64,000 nt of DNA. Origin: Syntrophales bacterium. GTDB lineage: Bacteria > Desulfobacterota > Syntrophia > Syntrophales > UBA2192. Shown here piece by piece: positions 44,533 to 52,343 of this stretch. Within the stretch, counting starts at the first letter, position 1. Every line of letters begins with the position of its first letter. The position numbers and the translations under genes are program-made. The notes below the pieces were generated by a model that had not been told where the DNA came from, did no database searches, and saw nothing but the letters and a program-made list of their open reading frames with translations. The stretch lies in the NCBI GenBank assembly GCA_036725345.1, contig DAIMEJ010000013.1:19162-83161 (forward strand), written 5' to 3'.

Positions 44533-46110
44533 ATGCAGGACGAAGTGATTCTCCAGGTTGAAAATCTGCACAAGAGCTTCGGCGGGGTCAAGGCCACGGT
44601 CGACGTCAGTTTCCAACTCCGGAGGGGGGAATTCATCGGCATCATTGGCCCCAACGGGTCGGGGAAAACAACGCTGATCAACCTCATCACCGGTTTCGTG
44701 AAACCCGATGCAGGCCGAGTCCTCTTCAAGGGCAGAGCCATCACGGGCAAGATGCCTTACACAATAGCCGGACTCGGCGTCGCGCGGACCTTTCAGATGG
44801 TGCACATGTTTTACAACCTTCCCGCCTTCAAAAACATTATCATCCCCCTCTGCTCCCCCAGGGTCAAGACCTTGAAGGGCGGCAGGTACGGGGAACGTGA
44901 CGATATCGCCATCGAAATCCTGGATGAATACGGGTTTGAACGGGACTCCTTCATTCCGTACAGGATGGTGGGCAGTCTCCCACACGGATACCTGAAGCGG
45001 CTCGACCTTGCACGGGCGATGTCATTGCGGCCGGAGGTTCTCCTTCTGGACGAGCTGTTTTCCGGGATGTCCATGTCCGAGGTTGCGGCAACCCTCCCCA
45101 TGCTCGAGAAGTTGAGCGCCCAGGGCCTGAGCATGATCATGGTGGAACACAGGCTCAGGGAGCTCTTTCGTGTGGTCTCGCGGGTGATCGTTCTCAATTT
45201 CGGCGCCAAGATCGCCGAGGGACTGCCGGAAGAGGTCATGAAAGACGCATCGGTCATGGCGGCCTATCTGGGAAGTGAATCCCAATACGACTGCCTTGAA
45301 ATGGTCCCCTCCCACGGAGCGCCGCCGCCGGAGGAGCAGCCCGAGACCCGGCCCGAAGCCGAAAAGATTCTGGAAGTGAAAAAATTGACCGTCTTCTTCG
45401 AGAATGCCCTCGCCGCAAACGACATCAGTCTCGAGGTTGCAGAGGGGGAGATCGTCGGCATCCTCGGTTCCAACAGCGCCGGCAAGACCACCCTGATGAA
45501 TGCCGTATCGGGCCTGATCCTCGATCAGAAAAAGAAGGAGGACCGCCGGGGCGGGGAGCGGATCGAGGTACGCGGTGAAATCATCTTCAGAGGGGAAAAC
45601 ATTACCTATCTCAAACCGAGCGACCGGGTCAAGAAAGGAATGGTGCTCTGCCGTGAGCGGCACCCCATCTTCCGGGACAGCACCGTTTTGGAGAATCTCA
45701 GAATAGCCGGAAAATTGCGGAAACGGTTGGAAGTCAAGGAAAGCATCGCCGTTGTTTTCGAGATCTTCCCCCATTTGCTCACATTGAAAAAACGCAAGGC
45801 CGGTCTCCTGAGCGGCGGGGAGCAACAGATGCTTGCTATTGGTATGGCCCTGGTGACGCGTCCGAGCCTCCTGCTTCTGGACGAACCGCTTCTCGGCCTG
45901 AGCCCCCTCCTGCAGTCAGAGGTCACAAAGGCGCTGAAAACAATCAGCGGCAGGGGTGTCACCATCCTGGTGACGGAGCAATTTGCCAGACCTCTCATTC
46001 CGATCATCGACCGGGGGTACGTGATCGAAAACGGCATCATTGTCATGGGCGGCACGGGCCGGGAGCTTGCGGACAATCCCGATGTCAGGGCATCCTATCT
46101 GGGCGTGTAG
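44533..46110 (+). CDS. fused LivG-LivF-like ABC ATPase (two nucleotide-binding domains in one polypeptide)
   Basis: 525 aa. NBD1 has GPNGSGKTT. A Pro/Glu-rich linker (APPPEEQPETRPEAEK) follows. NBD2 has GSNSAGKTT, LSGGEQQML and LLLLDEP. Confidence 0.88.
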   Translation: MQDEVILQVENLHKSFGGVKATVDVSFQLRRGEFIGIIGPNGSGKTTLINLITGFVKPDAGRVLFKGRAITGKMPYTIAGLGVARTFQMVHMFYNLPAFKNIIIPLCSPRVKTLKGGRYGERDDIAIEILDEYGFERDSFIPYRMVGSLPHGYLKRLDLARAMSLRPEVLLLDELFSGMSMSEVAATLPMLEKLSAQGLSMIMVEHRLRELFRVVSRVIVLNFGAKIAEGLPEEVMKDASVMAAYLGSESQYDCLEMVPSHGAPPPEEQPETRPEAEKILEVKKLTVFFENALAANDISLEVAEGEIVGILGSNSAGKTTLMNAVSGLILDQKKKEDRRGGERIEVRGEIIFRGENITYLKPSDRVKKGMVLCRERHPIFRDSTVLENLRIAGKLRKRLEVKESIAVVFEIFPHLLTLKKRKAGLLSGGEQQMLAIGMALVTRPSLLLLDEPLLGLSPLLQSEVTKALKTISGRGVTILVTEQFARPLIPIIDRGYVIENGIIVMGGTGRELADNPDVRASYLGV

Positions 46111-46119
46111 CAAAGAAGA

Positions 46120-47775
46120 GTGAGATCGATCATGGAATCGGAAAAACTGGAAAATACCGTCTACGGGTGCTTCGCCGGTCAGGTCCGCAGAAACCCTCAG
46201 AAAACGGCGATGATCTACCTGGGCGGGAGATACAGTTACGAAAAGATCCACGAGATGGTCCTGAGGTTCGCGGCGGCACTGCATGCAAAGGGCGTGGTCG
46301 AGGGAGATCGAGTGATTCTGTACATGCACAACCTTCCCCAGACGCTTATCGCCTATATTGCCCTGCATCGTCTGAATGCGATTCCAGTTCCCGTGGCCCC
46401 GATCTATACCGCCTATGACCTGAAGTATTTTGTGAAGGACCTGCAGGTCGAGACGATCATCTGCATGGACAGCAACCTCGCCTATGCCGCAGAGGTCCTC
46501 CCCGAAACCGGGTTAAAACGGGTCATCGTGACGAACATCATCGATCTGGTCCCCTGGTGGAAAAAGGTTTTCGCCCACAGCTTTCAGCTGGTCCCCAAGG
46601 GGAAAATCCCCGCCGGAGGGGAATATTTTTCTTTTTTATCATTGCTGAAGAGAGGACAGCCGGTTCATCTTCCACCCTTTGAACCGAAAGGGGGAGACCA
46701 GACGGCTCTGATTCTTTATACCGGCGGAACCACCGGGGAACCAAAAGGGGTGCCGCTGTCCGTCGGCCTCTTGATCGCCCAGCTACGAGAATGGCGGAAA
46801 TACAGTGAGCCTCTTATCCCGCCGGGGGGGATGATCACGGCGCAGGCGGCCCCGCTCTATCACGTCATCGGCCAGATGGACGGCCTCACACCGTTGCTGA
46901 TTGACGGAGGATCGCTCATTCTTTTCCCCAGGGTTGACCTGGATTCCTTCATGGATCAGGTGCAGCGGTACAGGGCGACAAACATGTATGCCGTCCCGGC
47001 TTTTTATCGCATGATTCTCGAACACGATCGCCTCGACAATTATGACCTCCGCTCTCTTAAATACTGCGGCTGCGGGGGTGATGTCCTGCCGAAGGCGGTG
47101 GCGGAATGGTGGCAGGCTAAATTCAACACCTGCCTCTACCAGGGATACGGGACGACGGAGTCCTGCGGGGCCATATCGGCCTCCTATGTGAGGGATGGCC
47201 TTCCGCCCGAAGGCAGCATCGGTAAGGTTGTGGAGATCAACAGGATCCGCCTTGTGGACCCTGGGACGCTGGAACCCGTGCCCCCCGGCGAGCCGGGGGA
47301 CCTCCTGGTGACGGCGCAATACGGAACGAAACAATACTGGGAAAAGCCCGAGGAGACAGCCGGTTCTTTTTTGAAGATGGACTCCGAGGTCTGGTACAGG
47401 ACGCGCGACGTGATCCGGATGGATGATCAGGGCTGGCTCTACTTTGTGGACCGTACGGCGGATATCATTAAACACAAGGGCTACCGGATTGCCGCTGCCG
47501 AGATTGAAAAGGTTCTCCAGGAACACCCGGCCGTCATCGCCTCGTGCGTCATCGGTGTGCCCGACGAGAAAGTGGGCGAACGAATCAAAGCCTTCGTGGT
47601 CGTCAAGGAAGATGTCAAGGGTATAAGCGCGACGGAGATGAAGACCTGGTGTCGTGACCGGCTGGCCGCTTACAAGGTCCCCCATTACATCGAATTCCGT
47701 GATATGCTGCCCAAGTCAAAGGTCGGCAAGATGCTCAGGCGCGAGATGCGGCAGGAAGAGTTGAAAAAACGCTAA
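46120..47775 (+). CDS. AMP-dependent acyl-CoA ligase
   Basis: 551 aa (alternative start ATG at 46132). Contains LYTGGTTGEPKG, YGTTES and PKSKVGKMLR. Confidence 0.9.
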   Translation: MRSIMESEKLENTVYGCFAGQVRRNPQKTAMIYLGGRYSYEKIHEMVLRFAAALHAKGVVEGDRVILYMHNLPQTLIAYIALHRLNAIPVPVAPIYTAYDLKYFVKDLQVETIICMDSNLAYAAEVLPETGLKRVIVTNIIDLVPWWKKVFAHSFQLVPKGKIPAGGEYFSFLSLLKRGQPVHLPPFEPKGGDQTALILYTGGTTGEPKGVPLSVGLLIAQLREWRKYSEPLIPPGGMITAQAAPLYHVIGQMDGLTPLLIDGGSLILFPRVDLDSFMDQVQRYRATNMYAVPAFYRMILEHDRLDNYDLRSLKYCGCGGDVLPKAVAEWWQAKFNTCLYQGYGTTESCGAISASYVRDGLPPEGSIGKVVEINRIRLVDPGTLEPVPPGEPGDLLVTAQYGTKQYWEKPEETAGSFLKMDSEVWYRTRDVIRMDDQGWLYFVDRTADIIKHKGYRIAAAEIEKVLQEHPAVIASCVIGVPDEKVGERIKAFVVVKEDVKGISATEMKTWCRDRLAAYKVPHYIEFRDMLPKSKVGKMLRREMRQEELKKR

Positions 47776-47857
47776 ATGATGCGGTTTTTCGGAAGGCGCC
47801 GGCCATGGCAAAGTCGGCCCTCTGTGAAGAACACAATGGCATGAGAGGAGGAAAAAC

Positions 47858-48664
47858 GTGGGACAGTCGTTTATCGAATTGAGCGTGGAAGATCATATTG
47901 CGACAATGTCGTTGAACAGGCCGGAAAGCCTGAACGCAATCAGTCTCGCCTTTGCGGCCGAGATTGCGAAAACCATGAGGGAGCTGAACCATCTCGAAGA
48001 TGTTCGGGTCGTCATCCTCAGGAGCAATGCCAAGGGGTTTTGCGCCGGCATGGATCTCAGGGATTTCATGTCCCAGGGCCTTGTCGGTGGCGGTGCGAAG
48101 AAATCCTTTTACTTTTACGACACGTTACATGCCCTTTTTGACTGCTGCAACGTCCTGGAGGAGTGCCGCAAGCCGGTGATTGCCGCCATCCACGGGGTCT
48201 GCGTCGGCGCGGGCCTTGATATGATCTCGGCCTGCGACATCCGGCTCTGCACGGAGGATGCGTCGTTCTCCCTGCGTGAGGCGGCCATCGGTTTTGTGGC
48301 TGACATGGGCGTTCTCCAGCGCCTTCCCCATATCGTCGGTCAGGGCTTCACGAGGGAAATGGCCTATACAGCCCGCTTTTATTCTGCCCGGGAGGTTGAA
48401 CGAATGGGGCTCGTGAATGCCGTGTACCCGGATAAAGAGGTCCTCTTCGCGGAGGCGCGGAAACTGGCCGGACAGATTGCCGCAAACGCGCCCCTGGCCG
48501 TCATGGGGACGAAGGAAGTGCTCAACTTCAGCCGCACGGCGTCCATCACGGACGGGATGTTCAAAGCGATCGAGAAGAACGCCGCGTTTCTCACATCGAA
48601 GGACGTCCAGGAGGCCGCAACGGCTTTCATGGAAAGACGCAAACCGAACTTCAAAGGCGAGTAA
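47858..48664 (+). CDS. crotonase-fold enzyme, delta3,5-delta2,4-dienoyl-CoA isomerase (ECH1)-like
   Basis: 268 aa, GTG start after aggagg. Contains FCAGMDL, KPVIAAIHGVCVGAGLDMISACDIR and FVADMGVLQRLPHIVG. The last pattern is what I associate with dienoyl-CoA isomerases. Confidence 0.8.
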   Translation: MGQSFIELSVEDHIATMSLNRPESLNAISLAFAAEIAKTMRELNHLEDVRVVILRSNAKGFCAGMDLRDFMSQGLVGGGAKKSFYFYDTLHALFDCCNVLEECRKPVIAAIHGVCVGAGLDMISACDIRLCTEDASFSLREAAIGFVADMGVLQRLPHIVGQGFTREMAYTARFYSAREVERMGLVNAVYPDKEVLFAEARKLAGQIAANAPLAVMGTKEVLNFSRTASITDGMFKAIEKNAAFLTSKDVQEAATAFMERRKPNFKGE

Positions 48665-48693
48665 AGGCGGGGTAAATCGCTGCGAAGACTGGC

Positions 48694-49722
48694 ATGACGG
48701 AGCTCTTCGGCATCGGATATCCCGTCCTGTTGCCGGGGATGAACTGGGTCAGCGTTTCGAAGCTGGTGGCGGCCGTGTCGGAAGCCGGCGGGCTGGGCAC
48801 TTTTAATTGTGCGGCGAACACCCCCCAGGAGATGAAAGCGATCATCCGGGAAATTCGGTCTCTCACCGATAAACCCTTTGCCATGAATTTCACTCTCTTG
48901 CTCCCCAATGCCCGGGAAAATGCGGAGGTGGCACTGGCGGAAAAAGTCCCGATTTTGAATTACGCCCTGGGGAAAGCGGACTGGATGATCAAGGCCGCCC
49001 ACGAGTATGGCGGGAAAGTCATTGCCACAGTGGCTACGGAGCGGCATGCGCTCAAGGCCGCGGGGGACGGAGCGGATGCTATTTGCGTACCCGGTCACGA
49101 GGCGGCCGCGCACGGAGCGGAGGTTACGACGCTGGTGCTGACCCAGATTCTTGCCCGGCGGGTCAAAATCCCCATCATCGCAGCGGGTGGTTTTTGCGAT
49201 GGCAGGGGGCTGGCAGCGGCCCTGGCACTGGGTGCCGACGGCATATCTATGGGTACGAGGTTCGTGCTGACCAAGGAGTGCCAGGTCCACGAGACCGTAA
49301 AAAAAGCGATTATGGCGGCCTCGGAAAACGACACGCTCTGTTCGGACAAGATTGACGGCATGCCGGGCAGATGGCTTAAGACGAAAGCGACGATGGAGAT
49401 GGCCGAAGGGAAGCTTAACTTTGTGGAAGCCATATCGAGTGCGATGAAAGTGAAGAAAGAACTTGATGTTCCTATATACAAATTGCTGGTCAGCGGCCTG
49501 AAACAGAAAGACAGGGGTGTGGCTGACCTGGCCCGGCAGGCTTTGAACGTGGTGGGAATCAAGGTGGCGGCGGAGACAGGCAATCTTGAAGAGGGTTTTT
49601 TCCCCGTCGGGCAGATCATAGGCAACATGAACGACGAACCCACCTGCAAGGAACTGATCGAGCGGATGGTGGCCGAGGCAAAGGCGGCCATCGAGGACGC
49701 AAGGAATAAATGCATGTCATAA
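48694..49722 (+). CDS. NMO/FabK-like FMN-dependent oxidoreductase, copy B
   Basis: 342 aa. The central ~298 codons are identical to copy A, while the termini have diverged. Confidence 0.85.
   Translation: MTELFGIGYPVLLPGMNWVSVSKLVAAVSEAGGLGTFNCAANTPQEMKAIIREIRSLTDKPFAMNFTLLLPNARENAEVALAEKVPILNYALGKADWMIKAAHEYGGKVIATVATERHALKAAGDGADAICVPGHEAAAHGAEVTTLVLTQILARRVKIPIIAAGGFCDGRGLAAALALGADGISMGTRFVLTKECQVHETVKKAIMAASENDTLCSDKIDGMPGRWLKTKATMEMAEGKLNFVEAISSAMKVKKELDVPIYKLLVSGLKQKDRGVADLARQALNVVGIKVAAETGNLEEGFFPVGQIIGNMNDEPTCKELIERMVAEAKAAIEDARNKCMS
48758..49652 (+). repeat. 895-bp block identical to 40093..40987
   Basis: See the partner feature. The offset is 8665 bp. Confidence 0.9.
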
Positions 49723-49750
49723 ATTGTCTTTGTTAAGTGATTCACGGTCC

Positions 49751-49776
49751 GGGGTAAGCTTTGATGATCTGATATT
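49751..49776 (+). repeat. degenerate third copy of the GGGGTCAGGCTTTGATAATTTGATATT element
   Basis: GGGGTAAGCTTTGATGATCTGATATT: 23 of 27 positions match copy 1 with one 1-nt gap. It lies 29 nt after the NMO-B stop. Confidence 0.6.
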
Positions 49777-49971
49777 TACGGCCGTGAAAAAGGTGGCCTG
49801 CCGAGTTGTTGGCCATACCCCTCCTGTTCATCTGAGGTATCTTAACAACCCCTCGCTGGCCCGCAGGGGGGCGATGCTGTTAATTCAAATTTCGTCCAGG
49901 ACCGCCATGAACCATGATTGAGTTTGGATAAAGCGGCATGCCGGGGACTGTGAAAGCCGCGACAATCCATT

Positions 49972-50352
49972 TCAGCGATTTTTAAACTCTCCTTTTTTCC
50001 CATCCCTCTGGAATCCCCTCAAGGCTTTTCCGAACAGGATATAAGACGACAATACATTTTTTTCCTGTGTCGACAAACCATCCTTTGCGTCTGACGGCTG
50101 AGCCGTAACCTTCTCACGCCCTTGCTCCAGCACGCCGCGGTCGGCGAGAATATGCCGGACTTCCGATTGAGCCAACATGTATCCCTCCTCGAGGGCCATT
50201 TGCTGTTTGCTGATGAAGTCGAAAAAGGAAAAACTGTAGGTCATCAAGAGAACGATCCAGATGAACATCAACGAGATCACTGCCAGATTTTTCAACAATG
50301 ATCTGTGGTCCTTCTCTTTACAGCCGATCATGCACTGTAGAATATGTTCCAT
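49972..50352 (-). CDS. hypothetical single-pass membrane protein
   Basis: 126 aa. Strong RBS (aaggagg, 7 nt upstream on the minus strand). One hydrophobic segment, LAVISLMFIWIVLLMTYSFSFF. I recognise no family. Confidence 0.6.
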   Translation of the reverse strand: MEHILQCMIGCKEKDHRSLLKNLAVISLMFIWIVLLMTYSFSFFDFISKQQMALEEGYMLAQSEVRHILADRGVLEQGREKVTAQPSDAKDGLSTQEKNVLSSYILFGKALRGFQRDGKKGEFKNR

Positions 50353-50550
50353 CTCACCCCTCCTTGAGTCAGGTCAGCATGACAGCAACGCAAGCCGTTA
50401 TGACGGTTGTACAAAGATAAGCTGGAGTGGTTCAGATAACTGCGGCGTGAGGTCTTGAAATGTAGTGAAAAGAATGGTGCCGGCATCGTATTGGCAACCC
50501 TGCTGCCATGTCCAGGATCATCGCTGGGTTTAGGCCAGAAGCTTTGCGTC

Positions 50551-50577
50551 CCCGCCTTTCGGCGGGTTTGCCTTTTT
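50551..50577 (+). terminator. rho-independent terminator (plus strand) with no annotated plus-strand gene upstream
   Basis: CCCGCC-TTTC-GGCGGG followed by TTTGCCTTTTT. The T-tract is present only on the plus strand. Confidence 0.55.
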
Positions 50578-50652
50578 CAAACGAAAACTATCGCGAATTA
50601 TATCGTCTAAATCTCTAAAAACTTTAGATAAAAAACATTTTTGAATCTGACT

Positions 50653-51534
50653 TTACCTCGCCGGACTGCCCCAGGGTGGAGGTCCCTTTCCGGGAGTGCC
50701 CCACGGTGCGCCGATTCCTTCCGGTGCCTTCTTCCCGGGCGGGGCATTGAAGACTTTTCTGTCGCTTTTCGGAATGCCCGTGGAAATGAAATGCTTCGAA
50801 CGGTGCGCCCCGATTCCCGGGTAGGTTTTACCGTGAAATCTCGCCACGGGATCAATCCGGAATGTCCGGTGGCTCCCGACGTCATTGAAATGGTTCGAGA
50901 CGAACTTAACTTGTTTTCGCACGACCTTGTGCCTGTGAAAATCGTTCAGAACGAAAAACCCGGGGTACCAGAAACCCCGGCACCAGAACGGATAGGGGAC
51001 CCAGGCATAGAGATAATAGTAGTCAGGCGGCGGATTGTAGTAGGTGACGACCGGCGGCCCTGCGTCGGCATAATAGCCGTTTATGGCTGAGGGGTTGGGG
51101 TAACTCTCAGTGTCTGACGGCTCGGGACGGTAAGAGGTGTCACCCGTGTACGGAAGAACGGACAAGCCGAAGGCAGCGGTAACGGCATTGAACCTCTGCA
51201 GGGCTTCCTGGCTTCCCAGCGACAGTCTCCCGGCATCTGCGGCATCGACGACGGCTGCCTGCAACTCACCCACAATGTCGGGCGTTACAGGGTAGTCGGC
51301 GATCCAGCCGTTTCGAGGGGCGATACCGGCGTCTCCGAGTCGACTTTCGGCCTCGATCTCGTCCCGCGTCGACCCCATGTCAAGTGCCGGCAGCAGTTCA
51401 ACGGCAAAGTCCCCTTCGCGAACGAGCGGCGCCTCTACCGGCGGCGGGCCCTGTGCCTGAAGAAGCGCCGGCAGAAAAAGCAGGAATACGAAGGCCGCGT
51501 GCGAACAGACGACCCTGAAACGGCGTCCTTTCAT
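50653..51534 (-). CDS. hypothetical secreted protein, aromatic/proline-rich C-terminal half
   Basis: ATG at 51534 (the track uses the GTG at 51555). Signal-like N-terminus MKGRRFRVVCSHAAFVFLLFLPALLQAQG. An unusual YYNPPPDYYYLYAWVPYPFWCRGFWYPGFF segment. Confidence 0.65.
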   Translation of the reverse strand: MKGRRFRVVCSHAAFVFLLFLPALLQAQGPPPVEAPLVREGDFAVELLPALDMGSTRDEIEAESRLGDAGIAPRNGWIADYPVTPDIVGELQAAVVDAADAGRLSLGSQEALQRFNAVTAAFGLSVLPYTGDTSYRPEPSDTESYPNPSAINGYYADAGPPVVTYYNPPPDYYYLYAWVPYPFWCRGFWYPGFFVLNDFHRHKVVRKQVKFVSNHFNDVGSHRTFRIDPVARFHGKTYPGIGAHRSKHFISTGIPKSDRKVFNAPPGKKAPEGIGAPWGTPGKGPPPWGSPAR

Positions 51535-51594
51535 GTTGCCCCGCCTTTTAAACACGCATCGTGACCCGGGATTCGCAAAAAATCCCGGTGTCGG

Positions 51595-51771
51595 CTACGG
51601 CCCATCCGCCTCGATATTGTCACTGCCTTTCTTGCTCTTGCCGCGAAGCCCGCTGACTTTCTCCTTGATTTTTCGGGGACCAATCAGAAAGAAGGTCGCC
51701 GTACCGGCGCCGACGGCGGCAAGCGACGCAAGCGTCCATAAACCGACTTTGCTCTTCTTGTTTATCTTCAT
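51595..51771 (-). CDS. small membrane protein (58 aa)
   Basis: ATG at 51771, 6 nt after gaggagg (the track starts at the TTG at 51777). One TM segment, LWTLASLAAVGAGTATFFLI, followed by a Lys-rich tail. Confidence 0.55.
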   Translation of the reverse strand: MKINKKSKVGLWTLASLAAVGAGTATFFLIGPRKIKEKVSGLRGKSKKGSDNIEADGP

Positions 51772-52343
51772 GTGCAACCTCCTCTATTGGAATTTCGGGT
51801 GTTCAGGATGATTTGTGCGCTTCATTCAGATTTCAAAAATCGTCCTCACCGGCGCGGCCGGCATGGCCAGGGCGTCGCGAAGACAAGAAAAGTGATCGTG
51901 AGCGACAGGTTTTCAGGTTCAGTATGCAAAAAGTTGTCAATAAAAAAATCGGTAAATACCCCATTTGACACTTCTGAATTTCTTAGCCGCCTAATACTTT
52001 AGCTGATAATCGTTTAAGTGTTCATTCCAGTGTTATTTCCCGCGAAATGACAGGTAAAAAAAGAGGTGTACGGCCGGGGCGGAATGGGTGCTGAAATCCC
52101 CGACTAAATGCGGTCTTGACAAAATACCACGATATATTTAGAAGCACGTTGCGGGCGGATTTGCGGGTTTTTCAGCCCGTCTTTATGCGCCGCGTTGTGG
52201 ATTGAAACGGGAAGTGAGGCGCGGGCAGGCACGCCGCCCGCGGTTTTGCCCCTGGAGACTGAGGGGATTCCGCGGCCTTTATGATGCGGCGGCGGCTCCC
52301 GGGGCCTCCGGAAGAACGAAAAAAAGAAAAGGAGGGAACCATC

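Noticed and set aside
50261-50458. 65-aa plus-strand ORF that could be what the orphan terminator at 50551 serves
   Set aside because: It overlaps the 5' end and RBS of the well-supported minus-strand gene 49972..50352. It has no RBS of its own and ends about 90 nt before the terminator. A noncoding transcript is the more economical explanation.
52111-52140. TTGACA box upstream of the 52344 ligase as a sigma-70 promoter
   Set aside because: With a 16-18 nt spacer the best -10 candidates are TTAGAA or TAGAAG. The good TATATT hexamer sits only 11 nt away. There is no acceptable spacing.
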